Shown here: positions 29,530 to 38,983 of the stretch, piece by piece
Position numbering within the stretch: the first letter of the stretch is position 1
Layout: every line of letters begins with the position of its first letter
Origin: an uncultured bacterium
Lineage (GTDB): Bacteria; Chloroflexota; UBA5177; JANWHV01
Assembly: GCA_963827235.1 (NCBI GenBank)
Contig: CAWHAE010000016.1
Coordinates: forward strand, 864,001-928,000
Reading direction: 5' to 3'
DNA: 64,000 nt
Notes under the pieces: model-generated
What the model was told of the DNA's origin: nothing
Database searches by the model: none
Seen by the model: the letters and a program-made list of their open reading frames with translations, nothing else
Program-made: the position numbers and the translations under genes

Positions 29530-32522
29530 ATGCTCGATCTTTGTTGGCTCAATGTGCGCCGTGCCCGGTCGTGGCGGCTGGCTATTCTCACGGCCTGTGT
29601 GCTGTTCCTGGCAGCTCCGATGTCGCAGGCCAAGCCGGTACATGCATCGGGCTTGACACTGGCGCTGAGTCCGACCACGGGTGCCGTCGGGACCACGGTG
29701 ACGGCGAGCGGCTATGCCTCCACCACCGGGAGCTCGTTGCAGATCACGATCTACTTCGGTAGCTCGCTGATCGCGACCGCTTACACGAATGCCTCTAGCG
29801 GCTACTACAGCACGAGCTTTACGGTGCCAAGCACGGCAAGTGGCAATGTGACAGTGACTGCCAACTCGGCCACGTACGGCTACTACGCGAGCACTACCTT
29901 CTACGTGACCGGGTCGACAGCCGGCCTGACGCTGAGCCCGACAACCGGCGCCATTGGGTCGACCGTCACGGCCTATGGCTACGCCACCGTCGTGACCGGT
30001 GTCTCCCTGACCATCTCGATTGTGTTCGGCGGCACTCCGGTCGCTTATACCACGTCCAATGCCTCCACCGGCTACTATAGCGCGAGCTTCACGGTGCCGA
30101 GCACGGCAAGTGGCACGGCGACGGTGACGGCCAGCTCAGCCACGTACGGCTATCAGGCGAGTGCCACCTACTATGTGTCGGGATCGACGGGAGGTCTGAC
30201 GCTGAGCCCCACCACCGGTGCGATAGGCACGAGCGTCACAGCCTATGGCTATGCCACGATTGTGTCCGGAAGCTCCCTGCCGATCACGATCTACTTTGGC
30301 GTCACGTACGTTGCGACGGCCTATAGCAATGCCTCGAGCGGCTACTACAGCACGAGCTTCACGGTGCCGAGCACGGCAAGCGGCACGGTGACGGTAATCG
30401 CCAGCTCGACCACGTACGGCTACCAGGCGAGCGCCACCTATTACGTGACGGGTTCCACTGGAAGCCTGACGCTGAGCCCGACCACCGGCGCTATCGGGAC
30501 GACCATCACCGCGAGCGGCTATGCGACCACGGTCTATGGCACGTCGCTGCCGATTACGATCTTCTTCGGCGGCACACAGGTGACGACCGCCTACAGCAAC
30601 GCCTCGACCGGCTACTACAGCACGAGCTTCACGGTGCCGAGTACGGCAAGCGGTGCGGTGACGGTGATTGCCAGCTCGACCTCGTACGGCTACCAGGCGA
30701 GCGCCTCCTACTACGTGACGGGGTCGACGGCAAGTCTGACCCTGAGCCCGACCACCGGCCCGGTCGGGACGACCGTCACCGCGAGCGGCTACTCCACCAC
30801 GATATGGCACCGCCTGCCGATCGCGATCGTGTTCGGCAGCACGCAAGTGGCCACTGCCTACACGAATGCCAGCACCGGCTATTTCAGCACGACCTTACCG
30901 TGCCGAGCGCGGCAAGCGGCACGACGACGGTGACAGCGAGCTCGACCTCGTACGGCTACTCGGCGTCACAGACCTTCAGCGTGGTGGCGCCGCAGATCAC
31001 GCTCGGCAGCACCGCCGTGGTGCCGAGCACCTCGCTGACGATCAGCGGTTCCGGTTTCACGCCGAGCGAGACGGTGACCATTACCTTGCCGGGTGGCACG
31101 ACCACGACCGCGAGCCGCGGACTAGCAGCGGCAACCTGAGCACGACCGTCACTATTCCAGCCGGCGCGGCCGGCGGCGCAAACGCGATCTCGGCCATTGG
31201 CTCCTCGAGCCAGGTCAAGGTAACCGCGTCGCTGACTATCTCTAGCGCGTCGCTGACGGCAAGCGCCTCTCTGGTGAGTGCCGGCAGCAACGTTGGCCTC
31301 TCGGGCAGCGGCTTCGCGCCCGGCGAATCGGTGTCGATTGTGGACTCCGCGGGCGGGTCCCAGACGGTGACGGCGACGAGCCAAGGCAATCTCACGGCGA
31401 CCGCCACGATCGCCTCCACGCATGGCAGCGGCGCGGTCACCTACACGGCCACGGGAAGTGACGAGCAAGTTGGTAGCCACGACCAGCGTCACTGTCCTAG
31501 CCGTAGCACCAACCGCGACTGCGACTGCGGTAGCCATGGCGCAGACGATCGGCTTTGGCTCTCTGACTACCCACACCTTTGGTGACCCGCCATTCACGGT
31601 GAGCGCTACCGGCGGCGCCTCAGGCAATCCGGTGACATTCCAGGCGATCGGAAACTGCACCGCGAGCGGGTCAAACGGCAGCACGATCACGCTGACGGGC
31701 GCCGGGAGCTGCACGGTGACCGCCAACCAGGTCGGCAGTGGCCAGTACACCGGCGCCGCGCCCGTCGTGCAGTGGTTTGCCATCCTGCGCGGAGCGCCGG
31801 CCGTCACCTGGCCCAGGCCGGCGAACATAACCTACGGCACCGCCCTGAGCGCGCGCCAGCTGAATGCGACGAGCCGGCTGCCTGGCAAGCTCCGCTACGC
31901 GCCTGGCGCCGGCACGCTGCTGCCCGCCGGGGCCAATCAGGAAATAGATGTGCACTTCGCACCAGCGGATAGCACGAACTATGTTCCGGTGGTGGCCACG
32001 ACGCAGATCACCGTCCTGCAGGCTAGCCAGCACATAGCGCTAATGCCGTTGCCCGATCGCACTTACGGCGACGCGTCCTTCGTGGTGAGCGTAAGCGGCA
32101 ATCTGGCTGGCACAGCGACCAGGTTCGCGGCCCGGGGCGCCTGCCGAGCCGGCGGTATGAACGGCAAAGTAATCAGCCTAACTGGCGCCGGCAGCTGTAC
32201 GGTGGCGGCGACCCAGCCGGGAAGCCAGAACTACCGGGCAGCGACTGCTGCTGCAGCAACCTTCCGCATAGGAAAGGCCGCGCCACGAATCACGTGGTCG
32301 AATCCGGCCGCGATCCTGGTAGGAACGCCGCTGGGCACGAGCCAGCTGAACGCCCGGGCTACCTTCGAGGGAAAGGTCCTGAAAGGGACGTATGTTTACG
32401 CGCCCGCGGCCGGTACCAAGCTCTCGGCGGGAAAGCAGACGCTACGTGTGACCTTCACGCCGAGCGATCGCACGGACTTCACGACGGCCAGCGCAAGCAT
32501 TTCCGTTTCCGTAGTCAAGTGA
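29530..32522 (+). pseudogene. Large secreted Ser/Thr-rich Ig-like repeat protein, broken by several frameshifts (true pseudogene or sequencing error)
   Basis: AAGGAGGT RBS and signal peptide. Homologous repeat sequence continues across ORFs 29428-30933, 30804-31139, 30866-31585 and 31422-32522. The C-terminus has two copies each of ITLTGAGSCTV and P..TW..PA.I..GT.L...QLNA modules. Confidence 0.75.
29659..30990 (+). repeat. Five tandem coding repeats of about 270 bp (90 aa)
   Basis: L(A/T)LSPTTG units start at 29659, 29926, 30196, 30466 and 30736. Confidence 0.92.
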
Positions 32523-32747
32523 CGGGTGCCGCGTCGCGTGTGGAGGGGCCGGCCCGGACGGTGCTCGCGCGCCACGTGGCGCCCGCGTCGCCACGTACGG
32601 TGAGCGTCGAGGGCAGCTCATTGGAGGGGCTCGTTTCGGCTCCGCCCGCGGCCACGCAGGTCGTCGCGTCTGGACAGGTCACGCAGTGCATGCACTTCCT
32701 GGCGCCGGACGCCCGCTGTCGCCACGTACGGCCAGCATCCTTGCTGC

Positions 32748-33140
32748 CTACGCCACAGTGCCGTCAGGATACTGAGTCATCCCGGCAAAATGCACGGCGA
32801 TCCGCCCCTCACGGAGCACCCAGCTGTCCGCGAAGCGCATATGCGCTTCGCCATCGGCAGTTTGCATCGTGATGTTCTCGACGATCATCAGCGTCTGCGG
32901 ATCGGGCGTCTCCGCCCAGAAGGCAATGTCGGTTTCCAGGCCCTGAATGCCGAGAATGCCCTGCATGTGCTCCCGAATCTGATCCCGACCTTTGTAGATC
33001 AGCGGCTTTCTGGTAAAGCTGCTTATGAGCAGCGCGTCCTCTGTATATTGGTCGAGCAGCGCATCAATATTCTTGTCCAGAATATGCTGGATGTGCTGCC
33101 GGTACATGCGTCCAAGCGCCGTGTTCGGGACGTTCTCCAT
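32748..33140 (-). CDS. NTF2/SnoaL-like protein
   Basis: GGAGGAG RBS. IDALLDQYTEDA, KGRDQIR and FADSWVLREGRI. Confidence 0.8.
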   Translation of the reverse strand: MENVPNTALGRMYRQHIQHILDKNIDALLDQYTEDALLISSFTRKPLIYKGRDQIREHMQGILGIQGLETDIAFWAETPDPQTLMIVENITMQTADGEAHMRFADSWVLREGRIAVHFAGMTQYPDGTVA

Positions 33141-33156
33141 TGTTGTCTCCTCCAGG

Positions 33157-34686
33157 TTAGCTGTGGGACGTGATCAGATCGGCAGCTTTCTCACCAATCA
33201 TGTAGCAGGCTGCCAGGGTGTTGCCGCTGGTTACCGTTGGCATCACCGAGGCATCGGCCACGCGGAGTCCTTCAACACCGCGCACGCGCAACTGCGGATC
33301 GACGACGCTATCGGCATCCTGCCCCATCTTGCACGTACCGGCGGGGTGCCACAGCGTCGAGACCTGCGAGCGAATAAACGACACCAGGTCGACATCAGGT
33401 CCCGGCACCAATTCACCGCCGTTCAGATCGGAGAACGCCTTCGTGTTTGCCAGTGTGCGAATGATCTTGACGGCTTGCACGAGCACGTCCACGTCTGTCT
33501 GCTCCCGCAAGTAGTTCGGGTTAATGACGGGATGGTCGCTCGGGTTTGCCGACCGAAGTCGAACCTCGCCGCGGCTTTCAGGCTGGACCATTATCGGCAA
33601 GAAGATCGAGGCAGGTCCTCCGAAGTCAAGAATCGGCGCCAACAAACTGGGCACGGCGGGCGTGAAGTTGAGCTGCAGGTCTGGGGGCGCGGATGGATTG
33701 TCAGGACGGGTTGACGTGAAGAGGGTATTACCTGTAAGCAGAGTAGGCATGGGCTGATCGGCTTTTGAGCGGTAGACGACCGGCAACTGCAGGTGGTCCT
33801 GCAGATTCTGCCCGACCCCCGGCAGATCGGCAACCACCGAGATCCCGTGTGCCTTCAGGTGGTCGGACGGGCCGATTCCCGAGAGCATCAGCAGTTTCGG
33901 CGACTGGAATGCGCCGGCGCTGACAATCACTTCCAGCAGCGAACCGGCCTGGAGAGTCTGACCATCCTGAAGGTACTCAACTCCAACGGCGCGCGTGCCA
34001 TCGAACACTATTCGCGAGACTTCGGCTCGCGTCTCCAGTCTGACATTTGGTCGCTTTAGCGCTGCAGAGAGAAACGCGCTTGCCGCGCTGCTGCGCTTTC
34101 CATTCTTGTCGATCGTGAATTGCAGGAGCCCAGCCCCGTCCTCCTGCCGAGCAGCGTTGTAGTCCCAGTTCGGCCCATTATAGCCCAGCTCAGTTGCTCC
34201 AACCATAAAAGCGTCGGAACGAGATGCGGTTTCATGATTAACCCGCACCTTGAGCGGCCCGCCGACCCCGTGAAACTCCGACTCGCCCTCCTGATAGTCC
34301 TCAGATCTCTTGAAATAGGGCAGGACGGCATCGTATCCCCAGCCAGGATTGCCGAGCGCTTGCCAGTGATCGAAGTTGCGGCGGTTACCGCGCACATACA
34401 TCAGGGCGTTGATCGCCGTGCTTCCGCCAAGAACTTTTCCCTGGTTGATCAGGATACTACGTCCGTTGAGACCCGATTGTTCCTCTGTACTGAACTTCCA
34501 GTCGATATCAGATCCCCATAATTGCACGAATCCACCAATATCGTAGATTCGCTGGTCCGCATCCATGGCGCCGGCCTCGAGAAGCAGCACCCTGCAATCG
34601 GGGTTGGCCGACAGACGTTCCGCGAGGACGCAACCTGCGGCCCCACCGCCAACGACGATGTAGTCAAAGGCAGCTACCGTTGTCAT
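33157..34686 (-). CDS. GMC-family FAD oxidoreductase
   Basis: DYIVVGGGAAG, GKVLGGSTAIN, GQNLQDH, WHPAGTC (His) and SGNT (Asn). Confidence 0.93.
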   Translation of the reverse strand: MTTVAAFDYIVVGGGAAGCVLAERLSANPDCRVLLLEAGAMDADQRIYDIGGFVQLWGSDIDWKFSTEEQSGLNGRSILINQGKVLGGSTAINALMYVRGNRRNFDHWQALGNPGWGYDAVLPYFKRSEDYQEGESEFHGVGGPLKVRVNHETASRSDAFMVGATELGYNGPNWDYNAARQEDGAGLLQFTIDKNGKRSSAASAFLSAALKRPNVRLETRAEVSRIVFDGTRAVGVEYLQDGQTLQAGSLLEVIVSAGAFQSPKLLMLSGIGPSDHLKAHGISVVADLPGVGQNLQDHLQLPVVYRSKADQPMPTLLTGNTLFTSTRPDNPSAPPDLQLNFTPAVPSLLAPILDFGGPASIFLPIMVQPESRGEVRLRSANPSDHPVINPNYLREQTDVDVLVQAVKIIRTLANTKAFSDLNGGELVPGPDVDLVSFIRSQVSTLWHPAGTCKMGQDADSVVDPQLRVRGVEGLRVADASVMPTVTSGNTLAACYMIGEKAADLITSHS

Positions 34687-34904
34687 GTTGTGCTCTTTTC
34701 TCAAGGCAGTGAACCACCGGTCGTACGACCGTGTCTCTTGCGCCGGGTCGGGATCGGACTTCGGAGTAGCTTCGTGACTTGAGACGCCTGATGGCGGCGT
34801 CCTTCACCCGATCAGCTCGCCCACAGGAAGAGGCATCACGCGCAGCCGGACCATACCAACGTCGACCACAGGCGGAGATACCGAAGGCAGTTGGTGGCCG
34901 GCGG

Positions 34905-35318
34905 CTACTTGGGCAACACCCCTAGCTGCTGCAGCAGGCCCAGGCTATCCTGGTTGACCCACATTTCGACGATCTTGTTGTTCTCGATACGGAAGATATC
35001 GATGCCTTGATCCGTGACGCGCTTACCCGTGGCCGGCCGCCCCAGGAACTCACCGGTGTTGGTAGCGATGTAGCTCCAGCGGCACGCCACCTCATCGCCC
35101 TCGGCGATCGACTGGTACAGCGTAAAGTGCACGTCAGGGAATGCGATCAGGGCAGTCTCAAACCATTTCCTGAGCGACGGCGGCTGGTGAGCTTGACCGC
35201 CAGGAAAGTGGAAGATGACCGGATCGACGGCAATCTCATCGATGACATCCTTCTTGTCGTTCCAGAGCTCCATCCAGTACCGGCGAACAAGCGCCTTGTT
35301 TTCCTCAATCGTTGCCAT
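34905..35318 (-). CDS. SnoaL-like ester cyclase
   Basis: EENKALVRRY, AFPDVHF, IAEGDEV, PATGK and DSLGLLQQLG. Confidence 0.88.
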   Translation of the reverse strand: MATIEENKALVRRYWMELWNDKKDVIDEIAVDPVIFHFPGGQAHQPPSLRKWFETALIAFPDVHFTLYQSIAEGDEVACRWSYIATNTGEFLGRPATGKRVTDQGIDIFRIENNKIVEMWVNQDSLGLLQQLGVLPK

Positions 35319-35519
35319 TAGGATCCTCGTTCCCGTACACGGCTGCTGCCGCCACTACGCCACCCCATCTGCCTGTAGCGGACTTCGATCTATCCGTGAG
35401 TCGCCCTCGTGTAGAGGGGAAGACTGACTCGTGGTATCACCATCCAGCGCGTCTGCGCGACGCGCTCAAGGCATGGTCGATTGATGCGTACATCCCGGTG
35501 AACGGCCTCTGGAACCTCT

Positions 35520-35957
35520 TTACGCTCCAGGAGGCGGGGGAACGACGCCGAGCTGCTGCAACAGGCCCAGCTCGTCGACATTTGCCCAGCGCTCCGCGAT
35601 CTTGCCGTTCTCCATGCGCACGATGGTCGTGCCGGTGAACGTGAGCTGTTTGCCCGAGGCCGGCATTCCCATCACCCCACCAGTGTCCGTGCCGGTAAGG
35701 TGCCAGCGATGCACGACCCGATCGGCGGTGAAGATCTGATCGTCGACGGTGAGCTGAATATTCGGCATCGCCGCGCGGAACATGCCCACGATATGGCGGA
35801 AACTCGCCGATCCCCGTTCTTGCTTATCCTTCCCGCCGACGGTAGAGTGGTCGACGGCGTCGGGAAGGATCAGCTCCTCCAGAAGGTCTCCCTTGTTCCA
35901 CGCCGAATCGAAGAAGCGCATGCAGATCGCGTTGTTCTCTTCCGGTGTGTGTGGCAT
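35520..35957 (-). CDS. SnoaL-like ester cyclase
   Basis: AAGGAG RBS. EENNAICMRFF, PASGK and DELGLLQQLG. Confidence 0.88.
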   Translation of the reverse strand: MPHTPEENNAICMRFFDSAWNKGDLLEELILPDAVDHSTVGGKDKQERGSASFRHIVGMFRAAMPNIQLTVDDQIFTADRVVHRWHLTGTDTGGVMGMPASGKQLTFTGTTIVRMENGKIAERWANVDELGLLQQLGVVPPPPGA

Positions 35958-36093
35958 CACTGTCTCTCCTTGTCGTGCGTCCAAGCACGTGGTCTCGGTT
36001 CCTACAACCCAAGTCGCTGCTAGCAAGCAACAACGACGCTGCCCCGGATACGGAACGCCTGATCGGCGATGGCAGCCGGTTACACAGGCATAC

Positions 36094-36963
36094 CTACTGC
36101 TTGGCCTGCAGCTGCTGGAATAACCCGAAGTCGTTCTCGTTGACGTGAACGGTCTTGATCTTGCCGTTATCAAAGGTGAAGATATCTACGCCGTAATCCT
36201 GAATAGTGTTGCCGCTGGCCGCCATGCCGAGGAACTCGCCCTTGTGCGTGCCCTTGATCCACCAGCGCACTGCCACCTTGTTGTCGACGGCGATCTCCCG
36301 CTCGACGCTAAACGTGATATCGGGGAAGGCGTTGCGCAGGTAGGAGACAAAGTCACGCATATTCGCGTACCCGGCGATCGGTGCGGGCTGAGTGGGAATG
36401 ATGAACTGGAAATCGGGCGTCATGATCTGCTCGATCACTTCCAGCTTACCCTGGTTCATCACCTCGTCGAAGTAGCGGTGGGCAACCTTCGTATTCTGCT
36501 CGGGAGTTGACGCAAGCAGCGGGCTGGTGGGAATTATGCCCAGTTGGTTGAACATGCCCACCGTGTCTTCGTTGCCGAGCGCCTCGACGATCTGACCGTT
36601 TTCCATGCGGTGCCATGTCATGCCGTCGATCTCGAACTTCCGACCGCTGGCCGGGATATCGCCGGCGACCGTGTGGATCGCCGCGCCGAGGTGTGTGCCG
36701 CCTCCGCGCCAGCGTGTGACGACGGTGTCGCCGAAAGCCACCATGTCCTGCGGATGGATGTAGAAATCCGGGAAGCAGCTATGCAGCATCGTGACCAACT
36801 CTTTGAAACCGTCCGGCCCGTGATAGGGCTCAGGGTGCGTGGGCAGGGTAAAGACGTTAGTCGGCGCGATGAGCTCGTACAGGCTCGCCAGGTTGCCGTC
36901 GGTCATGATCTCCCTGAAGTAGCGCAGGGCAATGTACTTGTTCCGGATGGCTGTCGCACTCAA
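36094..36963 (-). CDS. Tandem two-domain SnoaL-like ester cyclase
   Basis: GAGGAG RBS before TTG. Two homologous halves (RYFREIM/RYFDEVM, CFPD/AFPD, PASGR/AASGN). Confidence 0.88.
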   Translation of the reverse strand: MSATAIRNKYIALRYFREIMTDGNLASLYELIAPTNVFTLPTHPEPYHGPDGFKELVTMLHSCFPDFYIHPQDMVAFGDTVVTRWRGGGTHLGAAIHTVAGDIPASGRKFEIDGMTWHRMENGQIVEALGNEDTVGMFNQLGIIPTSPLLASTPEQNTKVAHRYFDEVMNQGKLEVIEQIMTPDFQFIIPTQPAPIAGYANMRDFVSYLRNAFPDITFSVEREIAVDNKVAVRWWIKGTHKGEFLGMAASGNTIQDYGVDIFTFDNGKIKTVHVNENDFGLFQQLQAKQ

Positions 36964-37032
36964 GACGCACGCTCCTCACTGGCTGACAGGAAGTGCCTCA
37001 GTCCCGCCCGCTGTCTCAACGATTATGACACG

Positions 37033-37061
37033 ATTCTACAGGCTAAAGTGCTAATACTCAA
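37033..37061 (-). promoter_or_regulatory. Sigma70-type promoter for the SnoaL-GMC operon
   Basis: Minus strand TTGAGT-17 bp-TAGAAT in an AT-rich patch about 70 bp upstream of 36963. Confidence 0.6.
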
Positions 37062-37215
37062 CTATAGGCCGCCGCTTGCCCGGGCTCATCCGTGAGCAAG
37101 GATGGTAGTATCGGAGCAGGGTGAACAAGGTGGTGAGGTGCTACGCCTGTCTTGGGGTCGCGGCGAGTGCGACCAAGGAACCCAGAGTACTGATGAGTTG
37201 GCAAGGAGGACCGGG

Positions 37216-37611
37216 ATGCCGCAGAAGGAGATCGAGGTCATATTAACCCGGCAGCTGGCGAGTTACCTCGCGGTGCCGGTCCTCATCGTGGATCCGGCTG
37301 GGACATTGCTCTACTTCAACGAGCCGGCGGAGACGATCCTTGCCAGGCGCTTCGACGAGACCGGCGAGATGCCCGCCGCCGAGTGGTCCACCATCTTCGT
37401 GCCGACAGACGAGGAGGGCGAGCCTCTGCCGCCCACGGAATTGCCGCTGCTGAGCGCCCTTACGGACAACCGGCCCGTCCATCGCCGGATGCGTATCTGT
37501 GGCCTCGATCGCGTGACCAGGCACGTGGAGATTACCACGTTCCCACTTGTCGGCACGGCGGGCCGCTGCCTGGGAGCCGTTGCCCTCTTCTGGGAGGTAT
37601 CGGCACCATGA
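37216..37611 (+). CDS. Stand-alone PAS-domain protein
   Basis: AAGGAGG RBS. VLIVDPAGTLLYFNEPAETIL PAS motif. ATGA-coupled to the MBL gene. Confidence 0.8.
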   Translation: MPQKEIEVILTRQLASYLAVPVLIVDPAGTLLYFNEPAETILARRFDETGEMPAAEWSTIFVPTDEEGEPLPPTELPLLSALTDNRPVHRRMRICGLDRVTRHVEITTFPLVGTAGRCLGAVALFWEVSAP

Positions 37612-38450
37612 AAGTCACGCTCTGGGGCACCCGCGGGTCCCTGCCGACGCCTGGTCCGGAGACGGTGCGCTACGGCGGCAATACGTCATGCGTTGAGGTT
37701 CGGGCGACCGATGGCGCGGTGCTGGTTCTGGACGCCGGCACGGGAATACGGCGGCTCGGTGCCTCGTTGGCCGGATCGGTGCGTCGCGTGGACTTGCTGC
37801 TCACGCACCTGCACATGGACCATATCCAGGGTTTGGGCTTCTTCGCGCCCCTGTTCGACCCGCGGGTCTCAGTACACCTGTGGGGTCCGGCCAGCATCAC
37901 ACAAAGCTTGGGCGACCGCCTGGGCCGCTATCTGTCGCCACCGCTGTTCCCAGTACATCTGCGGGACCTACCGTGTACCCTTCAGATCCACGAAGTGCCC
38001 CGCGAGGAGATCAGGATCGGGCCCTTCCGCGTGGTAGCACAGGTGGTCTGCCATCCCAATGCGACGGTCGGCTATCGGATCACACAGGGAAACGCCACGC
38101 TTGCCTACCTGCCCGACCATGAGCCGACACTCGGCTTGCGCGCCGGATACCTGGGCGGCGACTGGACCTCGGGCTACGGCCTCGCGGTCGGGGCCGACCT
38201 GCTCATCCACGATGCACAGTACACCGCGCGCGAGTATGCCGAGCGGGTCGGCTGGGGGCACAGTGCGATGCCGGACGCATTTGCCTTTGCGGCGTTGGCC
38301 GGGGTGAAACACCTGGTGCCGTTCCATCACGACCCGGACCACAGCGACGGCGATATCGACAGAATGATCACCTCGACCATCGCGCTGACCGATCCGCCCT
38401 TCACGGTGACGGCCGGCGCGGAAGGCAGCACGTTCGATCTCGAACGGTGA
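37608..38450 (+). CDS. MBL-fold metallohydrolase (candidate cyclic-nucleotide phosphodiesterase)
   Basis: WGTRGS..PG...RYGGNTSC, THLHMDH (HxHxDH), HP, DHE, GHS and HHDP. Confidence 0.85.
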   Translation: MKVTLWGTRGSLPTPGPETVRYGGNTSCVEVRATDGAVLVLDAGTGIRRLGASLAGSVRRVDLLLTHLHMDHIQGLGFFAPLFDPRVSVHLWGPASITQSLGDRLGRYLSPPLFPVHLRDLPCTLQIHEVPREEIRIGPFRVVAQVVCHPNATVGYRITQGNATLAYLPDHEPTLGLRAGYLGGDWTSGYGLAVGADLLIHDAQYTAREYAERVGWGHSAMPDAFAFAALAGVKHLVPFHHDPDHSDGDIDRMITSTIALTDPPFTVTAGAEGSTFDLER

Positions 38451-38542
38451 AAGCTCGGCCCGCCCGGCCCTGACCGCGTCATTGCCTCGCCGGAGAGCCG
38501 GTATAGGCAGGTTGTGTATCGATTACCGTCGTTGTAGTTCTC

Positions 38543-38887
38543 TCAGACAATTCGGCAACAGGTAGCGTCGTCGTGCAGGTGCTCGACCAGACCGCAGCTC
38601 TCGCGCCCTTTCGAGAACCTGACCAAGAATCTGGCTGCGGCCGGAGTCTCGGCCCATGGTCTGGTTGTGAATAGCACGCTGGCGATCGCGGCGGAGCAGG
38701 TGCAGAACGACGGCGAAGCGACCAGCAGTACGGCCGGCGCGCCGCGTATGGCGTCGCGCAGCGCCTGCTCCCAGCTTTGGTGTCGCGCCCGCGAAGCTTG
38801 CTGGTCCAGCCAGATCGCGATGTCGCGATGCTGCAGTTCGGCACTGAGCAGGTCCAGGCGCGCAGGATCCGCTTTAGTGCGGATCAT
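38543..38887 (-). pseudogene. Degenerate TIR-like domain remnant
   Basis: D...L...L....IAIWLD....WEQALRDAIRGAPAVLLVASP resembles a TIR_2 core. The FISY start and catalytic-Glu region are absent. Confidence 0.45.
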
Positions 38888-38983
38888 ACGGTTGAGCCAC
38901 TGCTTGCATGCGGAGGTGCCGCTGCTCAGTGCAGAGTCAGCCTGGCTCCCAGTCGTGCGCGGTGCCTCAGCCACTACCGGCAT

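Noticed and set aside
29659-30990. Regular repeats as a CRISPR array
   Set aside because: The repeats are 270-bp in-frame coding units without unique spacers, and no cas genes are present.
37047-37054. CIRCE-like half-site AGTGCTAA
   Set aside because: No matching second half at 9-bp spacing.
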